A stretch of 62,735 nt of DNA, the filler included. It is 5 parts of 5 records of this genome, joined end to end, with 100 filler letters (N's around TTAATTAATTAA, not from the genome) between each part and the next. Parts side by side here need not be neighbours in the genome. Positions count along the whole stretch, not along the records: positions 17,673 to 39,893 come from SRR20825006_802; 4 more parts are not named here. One strand, written 5' to 3'. Within the stretch, counting starts at the first letter, position 1, and every line of letters starts with the position of its first letter. The position numbers and the translations under genes are program-made. The notes below the pieces were generated by a model, which had not been told where the DNA came from, ran no database searches, and worked only from the letters and a program-made list of their open reading frames with translations. Positions 19,863 to 29,066 of the stretch are shown one piece after another.

Positions 19863-21548
19863 GTGAACGACGATCTTACGCGCGTCGTGGCGCCATCATG
19901 CCACAACCGCCCCGCCTGTGATGGCTGCCCCCTGCTCGAACAGAGCGGCGAGGAGATGCACCGACTCAAGCGCTCTCGCCTCACTCAGGAACTCTCGATC
20001 GCGCCCGAAACGAGCGAGATCGACGCCGGACAAATCCTCGAAGCCCCGACACGAGAGGGTTGGCGCCACCGCGCGAGGATGGTGTTTGGAGACAAGCGAC
20101 GTCCTGGCGAGGCGCTGCTCGGGTTTTATGAAGCCGGGAGCAGGGATGTGCTCGAGATCGATGCGTGTCCAGCGCACCATCCTGACATCGAGCGAGTGCT
20201 GGCGAGCTTTCGTCGACACATCAGCGCGTGCGAGACGATCACGCCGCACCTGCGTTTTATCGACGCGCGGCGAGGAAGCACGACTGACGAGGGCACATCC
20301 ACAGTGATCTTGACGCTCTGCATGAATCATCGCGTCGAGAACCTCGACGCGTGGAAGGCAGAGGCAGGAGCGCTCGCTGCGAGTATTCGCGAAGATGTCG
20401 AAGGAGTGACGCTCGGGCTTCACCTGGATGTCGGCACGCACGGGCCAGCGATCCTCTCGGGTGACTTTGTGGAAACGAGCGGACCGACGACCTCGCCACA
20501 ACACGCCGGTCAGTTTTCGCTCGAGGTCCCTCCGAAAGCGTTCTTCCAGGTCAACCCACCCCAGCTCTCACGCACGCACGAGTTGATGAAGACCTGGCTC
20601 GGTGAGCTCTCCGACGGGGCCTTGCTCGACCTGTACTGCGGAGTGGGCGCCCACGCGTTGGCGCTGGCGACGAAACCAGACGGGAGCACGCGCCGAGTGA
20701 TAGGCGTGGACATGAGCGAGGATGCGATCGCAGCGGCCAATCATGCGCTCGAGGTGAACTCACTCGAAGGGCGCTTCGAGGTGATGCGTGACGACGCGGA
20801 TGATCTCGGCGCGCAGCTCGACGCGATGGTCGGCGAGCAAAAGCTCGCCGCGATCGTGGTCAACCCGGCGCGCGCCGGGCTCCATCACGGCATGCTCCCC
20901 TGGATCGCAGAGCGCCGAGGGGAAATCGACGCCCTGCTCTACCTCTCTTGTGAGCCAAAGACGTTGGCGAGGGACTTGATCCGCCTGAGGCGGCTGGGGT
21001 TTGCCGTCGAGGAGATGCAACCGATCGACATGATGCCGAATACGGATCAGGTCGAGACGTTGGCGAAATTGGTGCGCGCCGAGCCATGGGAAACAGAACC
21101 TCACGTCGAGCATGCTTATGCTTCGAGCGATGCGGCGAGCAGCGACAGCGCGCGCCGTCTCTCGCCGCGGGTTTCGGGGGTGAGGTTTACCCCTGGCGGC
21201 GAGTCGACGTGGTGGGCTGCGGTCGCCGGTCAGGCGCCCGTGCATGGGGAGTTGCCGAGCATCGAGGGGAGCGAGGCGACGCTGGTCGCGCGGCGCATCA
21301 TGGAGACGCGCGCTTACAGCATCATGGAGATTCGGGCGAAGGGGTTGCAGGAGGATGGCGAGATCCGTCAGCGGCTTCGCGCGTGGGGTTATCCTGTGAT
21401 GGGGGACACAGATTTTGGTGATCGGCGCGTGAATCGTCGCGCGTACAGAATCATGGGACTCGATCGCGCGGCGTTGCACTGTCTCGAGGATAGCGATCAG
21501 GGGCATACAGCGCTGGCCAGCGAACTCGAACTCTGTTTTCGAGCGTGA
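19863..21548 (+). CDS. RlmD/TrmA-family RNA m5U methyltransferase with a C-terminal RluA/TruC-like extension
   Basis: CHNRPACDGC Fe-S motif, FFQVN, LDLYCGVG, NPARAG, catalytic YLSCEPKTLARD, DMMPNTDQVE; about 150 extra C-terminal aa. Confidence 0.8.
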   Translation: MNDDLTRVVAPSCHNRPACDGCPLLEQSGEEMHRLKRSRLTQELSIAPETSEIDAGQILEAPTREGWRHRARMVFGDKRRPGEALLGFYEAGSRDVLEIDACPAHHPDIERVLASFRRHISACETITPHLRFIDARRGSTTDEGTSTVILTLCMNHRVENLDAWKAEAGALAASIREDVEGVTLGLHLDVGTHGPAILSGDFVETSGPTTSPQHAGQFSLEVPPKAFFQVNPPQLSRTHELMKTWLGELSDGALLDLYCGVGAHALALATKPDGSTRRVIGVDMSEDAIAAANHALEVNSLEGRFEVMRDDADDLGAQLDAMVGEQKLAAIVVNPARAGLHHGMLPWIAERRGEIDALLYLSCEPKTLARDLIRLRRLGFAVEEMQPIDMMPNTDQVETLAKLVRAEPWETEPHVEHAYASSDAASSDSARRLSPRVSGVRFTPGGESTWWAAVAGQAPVHGELPSIEGSEATLVARRIMETRAYSIMEIRAKGLQEDGEIRQRLRAWGYPVMGDTDFGDRRVNRRAYRIMGLDRAALHCLEDSDQGHTALASELELCFRA

Positions 21549-21722
21549 CGAGATCGTTTCTGTATCTTGAACTCTGTCTGAAGGCTGTTAGGATTTTCAA
21601 AGGGCAGGACTTGAAATTCGTTGCTTATCCGTGATTATGTGTTGAGCGCGAAACCGTCTGTGACGGTCGAGACTTGTTGCTCCCGCCGCCGACCTTACCC
21701 CTTAACCACTAAGGGCCCAAAA

Positions 21723-23960
21723 ATGCATAGTAACCGACGAATATTGAGCGCGCTTGTTGTGGCGCTCCTGAGCGCAAACTGTCTTGTCGTGACAGGTTGT
21801 GGCCCAGACGAAAACAACGATGACGCGGATATGACTACGCCGGTAGAGGATATGAATCCTGGCGAGGACATGGACCCCGAAGGCGATATGGAGCCTGAGG
21901 AAGACATGAACCCTGGCGAGGATATGGATCCGCCGGAAGAGGACATGAATCCTCCAGAAGAGGACATGGATCCTCCCACGCCGGACATGGACGGTACCGA
22001 TATGGATGGTACCGACATGGACGAGACGGACATGGATGGCGCAGACATGCCGCCAGATATGCCTGTGGACATGGGCCCTGACTGCTCGCTCGACTCGGAC
22101 TTCGACGGTCTCAATGACTGCGACGAGGCGATGCTGTGTACCTCAGCGACAGACCTCGACACGGACGACGACCTGTTGACCGATTACGAGGAGTTCCAGC
22201 TCGGCACGGACCCTTGTGATGCCGACACGGACGGTGACGGACTCAACGACGAGCGCGAGAACTACTTCGGGTTCGACCCGAACAACCCATCGACCTACGG
22301 CGAGATGGTGCTCGACGGTGATCTCTTCATCGTGACGGCATGTGACGTGCCCGAGAGCGAGCCGATCGAGTTCAAGAAGAGCGCGCCAGGTGACTGGCTC
22401 ATCGCGCTGCCTCAGTCGTTCGCCAACTACAACGAGCTCACGATCACGAGCAACAACCCCAAGGAAGCCGCGGCTGTCTACGATGACCCGGCCAACGAAG
22501 TCGCAGGTTTCATCCTGTCGACGGACACCAACGGGAGTGACGCGCTCCAGACGCTGCTCGGCTACCGCAGCGGCATCAACTCCGCCGGGTCGATCTTCCA
22601 GGATTTGACCGAGGGCGAGTTCGACACGCACGATCGCTACAAGGCTGCTCCCGGTGAGTACCGCGTGGCGGCTGGCTCGAAGTCAGCGCGTAAGCTTCGC
22701 GATGACGTCCTGTTCGCTATCGCGCCATTTGCTCGCGCGGACGTGACCGGCCTGCCCGTCTCCTCGGGCAACCAGTACAACAAGTATTACGTGCGCGTCT
22801 CGGTCATCGAGCGCCTCGATCGCATGATCACGACGGTGTCGGTGGCACCCGAGCAGTTCTACAACTCTCGTGATGCGGTCAAGTTCCGCATCAACGACCT
22901 GACCAACACCACCAACGTGGCGCAGTCGGGCGATGGTTGGAGCCTGCGCTGCTACCCCTTCCCGGCAAACACCGAGGTTCCTGCGGCAGACTTCTACTGG
23001 GTCCTCGATCAGTCGGGCTCGATGTCGGATGACTTCGCCAAGGTCCAGAGCTTCGCGAGCGACTTCTACGATCAGCTCCTGAACACGGCGCTCGACTTCC
23101 GATTGGGCGTCGCCAACATGGAGGAAGGCTTCAGCGGACGTCTCCGCCCCACGGTGGGTTGGATCTCCGGCCCCGGCGCGGACACGACCTTCACCGGCGA
23201 AATCCAGTACTACGTCATCGACTGTACGACCAACTTCGGCTTCTCGGACTGCTCCGGCGGCACCGAGCACGGCCTCTACTCGGCGCGCGAAGGGATCAAG
23301 TTCATGCGCAGCGCTGCGGCGCCTCCGAGCGAGAAGATCCGCGCCAACGCTCAGCTCGCCACCATCTTCATGAGTGATGAGGAGGATCAGAGCGTCAAGG
23401 ACGAGAGGGATCCCGATGGCACGACCTTCCCCAACGAGCAGGCGGTCATCAACGATTACTCGGCGTTCTTCGCCAACAACCCGCTCTCGTTCTCCATCGT
23501 CTCCAACGGCGGAAGCTGCGGTGAGGACGCTGAAGGTTACCGCGAAGCAGCGCTCGCCAGCGGCGGCGCCATCGCCGACCTCTGCGCGCAAGACCTGAAG
23601 TCGACCATCACGCAGGTCATCGACATCGTCGCCGGTCGCGCGTCGACCTTCCGCCTGCCTCAGACGCCGATCTCTTCGACTCTGCGCGTCTACCAAGCAG
23701 ACGATTCTGGCACCAACGGTGTCTGGGTGCCTCGCAGCCGCTCCGATGGCTTCGACTACTTCCCGCAGTCGAACTCGGTGGCCTTCTTCGGCGCCTACCG
23801 TCCCAAGTCTTCCACGCTCTCGATGTGCTCGGTCGACGCAGACTGCACCGAGACCGGCGAAGTCTGTCGCGGCGGTCAGTGCGAGCTTGCCATCTCGATC
23901 CAGGTGGCGGTCCACTACCAGACCTTCCGCGACAAGACCAAGACGCCTGTCGGCCCATGA
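21723..23960 (+). CDS. large lipoprotein with Asp-Met repeats, TSP3-like Ca-binding repeats and a VWA domain (CglD-like adhesin architecture)
   Basis: VVTG-C lipobox; DSDFDGLND / DTDDDLLTD / DTDGDGLND; MIDAS YWVLDQSGSM; Cys-rich C-terminus. Confidence 0.7.
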   Translation: MHSNRRILSALVVALLSANCLVVTGCGPDENNDDADMTTPVEDMNPGEDMDPEGDMEPEEDMNPGEDMDPPEEDMNPPEEDMDPPTPDMDGTDMDGTDMDETDMDGADMPPDMPVDMGPDCSLDSDFDGLNDCDEAMLCTSATDLDTDDDLLTDYEEFQLGTDPCDADTDGDGLNDERENYFGFDPNNPSTYGEMVLDGDLFIVTACDVPESEPIEFKKSAPGDWLIALPQSFANYNELTITSNNPKEAAAVYDDPANEVAGFILSTDTNGSDALQTLLGYRSGINSAGSIFQDLTEGEFDTHDRYKAAPGEYRVAAGSKSARKLRDDVLFAIAPFARADVTGLPVSSGNQYNKYYVRVSVIERLDRMITTVSVAPEQFYNSRDAVKFRINDLTNTTNVAQSGDGWSLRCYPFPANTEVPAADFYWVLDQSGSMSDDFAKVQSFASDFYDQLLNTALDFRLGVANMEEGFSGRLRPTVGWISGPGADTTFTGEIQYYVIDCTTNFGFSDCSGGTEHGLYSAREGIKFMRSAAAPPSEKIRANAQLATIFMSDEEDQSVKDERDPDGTTFPNEQAVINDYSAFFANNPLSFSIVSNGGSCGEDAEGYREAALASGGAIADLCAQDLKSTITQVIDIVAGRASTFRLPQTPISSTLRVYQADDSGTNGVWVPRSRSDGFDYFPQSNSVAFFGAYRPKSSTLSMCSVDADCTETGEVCRGGQCELAISIQVAVHYQTFRDKTKTPVGP
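21828..22073 (+). repeat. coding low-complexity Asp-Met repeat tract (15 DM dipeptides)
   Basis: GAC/GAT-ATG recurs at short irregular intervals: EDMNPGEDMDPEGDM...TDMDGTDMDETDM. Confidence 0.9.
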
Positions 23961-23986
23961 TGTCCTGAACATCATCCAAAACTTTG

Positions 23987-24022
23987 AAAGGCCCTGCTTC
24001 CAAAAGGAAGCAGGGCCTTTTT
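23987..24022 (+). terminator. intrinsic terminator
   Basis: AAAGGCCCTGCTTCC-AAAA-GGAAGCAGGGCCTTT perfect 15-bp stem ending in a T-run, 26 bp after the stop codon. Confidence 0.85.
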
Positions 24023-24067
24023 ACGTCACCGCGCACCCCGCGCGAGGAGTGATTCCGTGACGACGTA

Positions 24068-24100
24068 TTGTTTTGACCACTTCGTCAATGGTATAGACCT
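24068..24100 (+). promoter_or_regulatory. putative promoter with FadR-type operator
   Basis: Extended -10 TGgTATAGA (24089-24097); TGTTTTGACCA resembles TGGT-N3-ACCA; lies upstream of the GntR gene. Confidence 0.35.
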
Positions 24101-24165
24101 TTTGTTTATCGAGGGGATCCGGATGTCCAGGTGATGTTTCGCGCTCTCCTGGGCACTACTCAGGA

Positions 24166-24936
24166 GTGGTTGCAGTGAGCAAGAGCGATACAGACACGAC
24201 CTTTAAACCAGTCGAGAAAAAATCTCTGGCTGATGCGGTCTTCGAACAACTCAAGGGCGAGATCGTCTCGGGTCGTATGGAGCCAGGGGACGCACTGCCC
24301 GCGGAGCGAGGACTGAGCGAGATGCTCGGGGTCAACCGCGGCGCTGTGCGCGAGGCGCTCAAGCGCCTCGAGCAGGCGCGACTGATCACCATCCAGCAAG
24401 GGGGCGTCACGCGCGTGCGTGACTACTTGCAGGTGGCAGGCACAGACCTGCTCTCCTCATTGCTCATCGATGCCGATGGCGAGGTCGATACGCGCGTAGC
24501 GCGCAGCGTGATGGAGATGAGGAGCGCGCTCGCTGGAGATATCGCGAGGCTCGCGGCGAGGCGCGCTGATGACGCGCTGCTCGCGGATGTGGCCAGGATC
24601 GTCGATGAAATGGAAGAGCAAAAGAGCGACATCGTCGCCCTCCAGGAGCTCTCGATCGCGTTCTGGAGAAAGCTCGTCGAGGGCGCCGATAACGTCGCCT
24701 ACCAGCTCTCGCTCAACTCCCTCGAGGAGAGCTACTCGAAGTTCAAGCACCTGCTCACGCACACGCTCGCCGAGGAGTTTGGCGACCTCGAAGGCTACCG
24801 CGCGGTGTTGGCCTCGATGCGCGAGGGCGACGAGGAGGAGTCGAGCCACGAAGCTCGTCAGATCACCGAGCTCGGCGAAGCAAAGATCAAGGCGATCCTG
24901 AACATGATGGACGCCAAGAACGCCGCCAAGGGGTGA
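24166..24936 (+). CDS. GntR/FadR-family transcriptional regulator
   Basis: LPAERGLSEMLGVNRGAVREALKRL winged HTH plus FCD-like C-terminal domain. Confidence 0.9.
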   Translation: MVAVSKSDTDTTFKPVEKKSLADAVFEQLKGEIVSGRMEPGDALPAERGLSEMLGVNRGAVREALKRLEQARLITIQQGGVTRVRDYLQVAGTDLLSSLLIDADGEVDTRVARSVMEMRSALAGDIARLAARRADDALLADVARIVDEMEEQKSDIVALQELSIAFWRKLVEGADNVAYQLSLNSLEESYSKFKHLLTHTLAEEFGDLEGYRAVLASMREGDEEESSHEARQITELGEAKIKAILNMMDAKNAAKG

Positions 24937-24937
24937 G

Positions 24938-25468
24938 TCACTCCTCGTCGGCTTCTGCCTCGGCTGCGGCCTTCGCCGCGGCCTCTTCCTTCTCTTTCTT
25001 TTGAAGCTCGCGCCACTCCTTCTTGGTGACGCGCTCCTTGAGCACCCAGCTCGTCTGACGGCGGTTCCACGTCTCGACAAACGTGTCCTTCTTCACCGTC
25101 ATGTTCGGCTCGATGTACCACTCCTGCTCGACCTCGACGTCGGCCTCGGGCCACTTCTCGCCCTTCTCGAGCGGTTGCATCTTGACGCTGACGACCTCGA
25201 GCGTGGTGATGTGGAAGTCCTCGCCGAGCTCCTCGTAACGCCCCAGAAATACTTGCTTGTATTCGTCCGCCACGAGACGCGAGGCGTCCTCGTAGCGCGC
25301 CCAGCGCAGGTTCTTGTGGAAGGAGCGCAGCGCGCCTTCGAGCTCGTTGCCATCCTCGATGGTCGGCTGTCGGTGCGCGCAGTCCGAACCCATCAACATC
25401 GTGGCCATAAAGAACAACAGGATCGCCTGGAGCAACCTGTGTGGGATCTGGAACTCATCCTTGAGCAT
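24938..25468 (-). CDS. putative lipoprotein
   Basis: Hydrophobic signal ending LMGSD-C; FHKNLRWARY; overlaps the flippase stop region. Confidence 0.65.
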   Translation of the reverse strand: MLKDEFQIPHRLLQAILLFFMATMLMGSDCAHRQPTIEDGNELEGALRSFHKNLRWARYEDASRLVADEYKQVFLGRYEELGEDFHITTLEVVSVKMQPLEKGEKWPEADVEVEQEWYIEPNMTVKKDTFVETWNRRQTSWVLKERVTKKEWRELQKKEKEEAAAKAAAEAEADEE

Positions 25469-27323
25469 CTTCGCTTTCCTCGGGTTCTTTTTTCTTTTTC
25501 TTGCGGCCGATCACCGCGCGCAGGCGCGCGAAATCACTGGCGACGAACTCTCGCGTCAACACCAGCACGGCGAGCAACACGAGCCCCATGATCGCCATCT
25601 TGGCTCCCACGGCACCTAACATCACGAGCTTACCCGTAATGCCTCCCATCGCCAAACTTTTCACGTAAGCGACTGGATCTGGACCGATTTGGTCCACGCC
25701 ATACAGCAGCCCGCTGGCGAGCAACAATCGGCCGATCGTGAGGAAGGGAGGGACGGCGCCAAACACACGCCAGAGCCAGCCGAGCGCGAGCGTGAAGCCA
25801 GTGAACATCGAGATCGCCGTGGCCATCGCCGCGGCCCTCATGTAGTCGGGCGCGAACTTGACGTAGGCTGCGGCAAAGCTCGCCCGCTCGCTGGCCTGCG
25901 ACGCCGCCATGTGCACGGTCTCGCTCGCGCCGCTTGCCTTTGCCGCGGCGCCAGGCGTCCAACTCAGTTGCCCCATAACCGTCGCGTGCACGTCCTGGAT
26001 AAACGCCCAGTTTAGCCCGGCGCTTATCAACAAGCTGATCCCCATCAAGATCCCCGCGACGCCAGGGCGACCAGCGCCAGTGATGATCGTCGCGGCCACA
26101 TAGAAGAGCGCGAAGAAGATGATCGACGTGCTCATGATCGCCAGCGCATCGGCGGCGGCCTGATAGTCCGTCGAGTAGAGCGCGCCGATGAGCGAGTCCG
26201 CGTTAAAAATCAATGGCAACGCCACGCCCGCGATGAGGATCAGGCAATAGCGGAACGTATCCTCGATGTAGACGCGCGTGCGGTCGCGATCCTGTTGGAA
26301 GGTCGCCTCGCTGATCAGCGGGAAGATCACGAACGTCACCGCGATCACGCCCTGATATGGCAACCTCGAGAGGTTGAGCGCGGCGCCGTAGAATCCAGCG
26401 AACTTGTCCGACACGGTGCCGAACACGGGGGCGAGCGCGCTCCAGGCTTCTGGAGCGCGCGAAGCGATCGATTTGAGGACGAACAGATCCGCGCGCAGCA
26501 AGCCATTGAGCGCGAAGGTGTACGCCATCACTAGCAGCAGGAACGTCCCCAGACGCTTGAGCTGATTGCGATCGATCTCCTCGCCGCCCTCCTCTTTCTC
26601 GGGAGCTTTCTCGGGTTGGCCAGCGCGCAGGATGCGCATCGTCCAGACACCCGAGATCAGGCAGATCATCCCGGCCGCGCCAGCAAAGCCCCAGACCGCG
26701 CCCGCGACCCCGAAACCTGCGGCCACCAGCCCGAGCATCCCGATCGTCTTCATCGTCTGGAAGCCGATGTCGAGAGATGCCTGACGGACAAAAGATTTGA
26801 TCCCGTTGAGATATCCGACAAAAATCGCGTAGTACGCATAAAACAGGATAATCAAGCTCGAGACCTGCATCAGCGGCGCGAGCGTCGGATCGTTAAAGAA
26901 CGCACCAGCGATCCAGGGGCTCGCCAGCGCGTAGACAAGCGTCAACGGCACGCCGAGCATCAACTGGAGCTTGAGCGCCTGATTGACGATCTCTCTGGCG
27001 CGGTCTGGACGCTCGCTCACGAGCTTGGCGACCGCTTGCAAAGACCCCGTGATCACGACCATGTTCAGAAGCCCGATCGCCTCCGTCACGATCTTGAAGA
27101 CGCCGAACAGCTCCGCCGAGCCAAACACGATCGGCAACCCGAGCTGGATCAGCGCGCCCGTGACCATAAACCAAAGCTTGGCTGCGGTGATCACGAGGAA
27201 ACCACGCCCGGTGGTCCTCGCGGTCTCCTGCGCGTCGGCTTCTTTCTGCGCCTGCGCGGCCTCGTCTGGGGATGCCAGCGCTTCTTCTTGGCCAACTGTC
27301 TTGTCGGATTCCAGGCTACTCAT
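25455..27323 (-). CDS. MOP-superfamily flippase (polysaccharide biosynthesis / MurJ-Wzx-like)
   Basis: Many TM helices, AGFYGAA, IFPLISEA, ATIITGAGRP. Confidence 0.75.
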   Translation of the reverse strand: MSSLESDKTVGQEEALASPDEAAQAQKEADAQETARTTGRGFLVITAAKLWFMVTGALIQLGLPIVFGSAELFGVFKIVTEAIGLLNMVVITGSLQAVAKLVSERPDRAREIVNQALKLQLMLGVPLTLVYALASPWIAGAFFNDPTLAPLMQVSSLIILFYAYYAIFVGYLNGIKSFVRQASLDIGFQTMKTIGMLGLVAAGFGVAGAVWGFAGAAGMICLISGVWTMRILRAGQPEKAPEKEEGGEEIDRNQLKRLGTFLLLVMAYTFALNGLLRADLFVLKSIASRAPEAWSALAPVFGTVSDKFAGFYGAALNLSRLPYQGVIAVTFVIFPLISEATFQQDRDRTRVYIEDTFRYCLILIAGVALPLIFNADSLIGALYSTDYQAAADALAIMSTSIIFFALFYVAATIITGAGRPGVAGILMGISLLISAGLNWAFIQDVHATVMGQLSWTPGAAAKASGASETVHMAASQASERASFAAAYVKFAPDYMRAAAMATAISMFTGFTLALGWLWRVFGAVPPFLTIGRLLLASGLLYGVDQIGPDPVAYVKSLAMGGITGKLVMLGAVGAKMAIMGLVLLAVLVLTREFVASDFARLRAVIGRKKKKKEPEESEDAQG

Positions 27324-27335
27324 TCCATCGTCGCC

Positions 27336-29066
27336 ATGTCATTGATCGCCAAATCAACACGCGGGCTCATCCCGAGCGCTCTCATCACACGCACCTCTCT
27401 GGCTATCGTCTTGTGCTCGAGCATGAGCGGGTGCGAATCGACCCCCTCTGCAGAGCGCGATCCCGCGCCGCTCGAGCCAGAGCGCACACTACCCGAGGCG
27501 ATCGTCGGCCACAAGAATCCCATCCTCGCAGACATGGACATGGCCACGGATATGCCCCCTGACATGCCCGAGGTCTACCAGCCACCCGCGCCGATCAACC
27601 CCAGGTCGATCGCCTTCGAGAATGCCTGCGCGCCGGGTGAGCGCATCACCATCGCGGCGGTGGGAGATGTCCTCCTCCATAGCCGCCTGCAACGCCAGGC
27701 GACCAAGCGCGATAAACGCTTTGGCTCGCTCTGGTTCCCGGTCAGTGACCTGATCGAGGGCGCCGATATCGCCTACGCCAACCTCGAAGGCCCCACCGCC
27801 AAAGGGGTGCTCGAAGGGGGAGAGCTCGCCGAGGATGATCCGGGATTTCGCTTCGATGGTGAGGTGTACTCGACGTGGCCAAGGTTTAACTATCACCCGC
27901 TGCTCGTCGAGGATCTGGAGGATGCTGGTTTCGACGTCGTCTCGACGGCAAATAACCACACCCTCGATCGCGCAGGCATCGGCGTGGATCGCACCATCGA
28001 CGCGCTCGAACGCGCGGAACTCGCCTACACCGGCACGCGTCGCTCCACGTGGAAAAAACGCGGCGTGCCGAAGCGGTGGCACACGATCACCGAGCACGAG
28101 GGGTGGAAGATCGCCTGGCTCGCGTGCACCTATAGCACCAACGGCTTGCCTGATTATCACGAACAGGTGCTGTTCTGTTACGACGACCGCGCCGCCGTCA
28201 TCGGCACAGTCGAGCAGCTGGCAAAGGACCCCTCGCTCGACGCCATCATCGTCACGCCACACTGGGGCTGGGAGTACCGCGAAGAACCTCGCGGCAAGCA
28301 ACGAAAGCTCGGCAGAGAGCTTATCGAAGCTGGCGCCACGGCGGTGATCGGCGGACACGTGCACGTCCTCCAGCCGTGGGAGAAGCATGACACCGAGGAT
28401 GGCCGAGAGGGATTTATCTTGTATTCGACGGGCAACTTCGTGAGCAACATGGCCGAGATGGCCGAGCGCACCTCGATCATGTTGATGTTGGGGCTGACGC
28501 GAGAGAAGCCGGGCGCCCGCGCCAAAATCAATGGCGTGCGCTATATCCCGCTCTGGCTTCACCGCGATGGTGGTGACCGCTATGTCGGAGATATCGCGCG
28601 CAGCGAGGCAAAGATCCCCGCAGAAGCCAACGCACACGTGCACCGTATCTTTGGCTCCTACAACATGTTCGATCCCGATAACCTCTTCGAGACCACGCCG
28701 CAGTGCGATCCCGAGTGGACACCCCCGCTCGAAGCACATCCTCATAACGGCGGCGTGGGCGGCGCGTGTAACACATCAAAGAATGAGCCCTGCGCGACGA
28801 GCTCGAGATTGAGCGAGGCGCGGTGTGACGCGAGCAAGACGCAAGGGTTTTGCTCGCTCTCCTGTGAGGGGAAGTGCCCCTATGTCAGAGGCGCGCCGAG
28901 GACGATGTGCGCCTCTGATGAGTGGGACGCGACAGCAGGCGCCTGTCATGTGCGATGCAAGAAACACGAGGAGTGTCGGCCTGGCTATGTCTGCCAGTAC
29001 CGCTATCAGGTGGGGAGCGACGAGAAACGCCGCAAGGTGTGCGTGCAGGCTCAGTCGCCCCAGTGA
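27336..29066 (+). CDS. CapA-family metallophosphoesterase lipoprotein with Cys-rich C-terminal domain
   Basis: SMSG-C lipobox; AVGDVLLH, ANLEGP, STANNHTLD, PHWGWEY, GGHVHVLQ, YSTGNF. Start approximate. Confidence 0.85.
   Translation: MSLIAKSTRGLIPSALITRTSLAIVLCSSMSGCESTPSAERDPAPLEPERTLPEAIVGHKNPILADMDMATDMPPDMPEVYQPPAPINPRSIAFENACAPGERITIAAVGDVLLHSRLQRQATKRDKRFGSLWFPVSDLIEGADIAYANLEGPTAKGVLEGGELAEDDPGFRFDGEVYSTWPRFNYHPLLVEDLEDAGFDVVSTANNHTLDRAGIGVDRTIDALERAELAYTGTRRSTWKKRGVPKRWHTITEHEGWKIAWLACTYSTNGLPDYHEQVLFCYDDRAAVIGTVEQLAKDPSLDAIIVTPHWGWEYREEPRGKQRKLGRELIEAGATAVIGGHVHVLQPWEKHDTEDGREGFILYSTGNFVSNMAEMAERTSIMLMLGLTREKPGARAKINGVRYIPLWLHRDGGDRYVGDIARSEAKIPAEANAHVHRIFGSYNMFDPDNLFETTPQCDPEWTPPLEAHPHNGGVGGACNTSKNEPCATSSRLSEARCDASKTQGFCSLSCEGKCPYVRGAPRTMCASDEWDATAGACHVRCKKHEECRPGYVCQYRYQVGSDEKRRKVCVQAQSPQ

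Noticed and set aside
21828-22073. Periodic GACATG repeats as a possible CRISPR or non-coding array
   Set aside because: In-frame coding repeats with synonymous variation, no unique spacers and no cas genes.
26616-27335. 816-aa version of the CapA ORF, and only 12 bp between divergent starts
   Set aside because: The extension overlaps the flippase antisense; true starts are uncertain, so the tight spacing is not reliable evidence.
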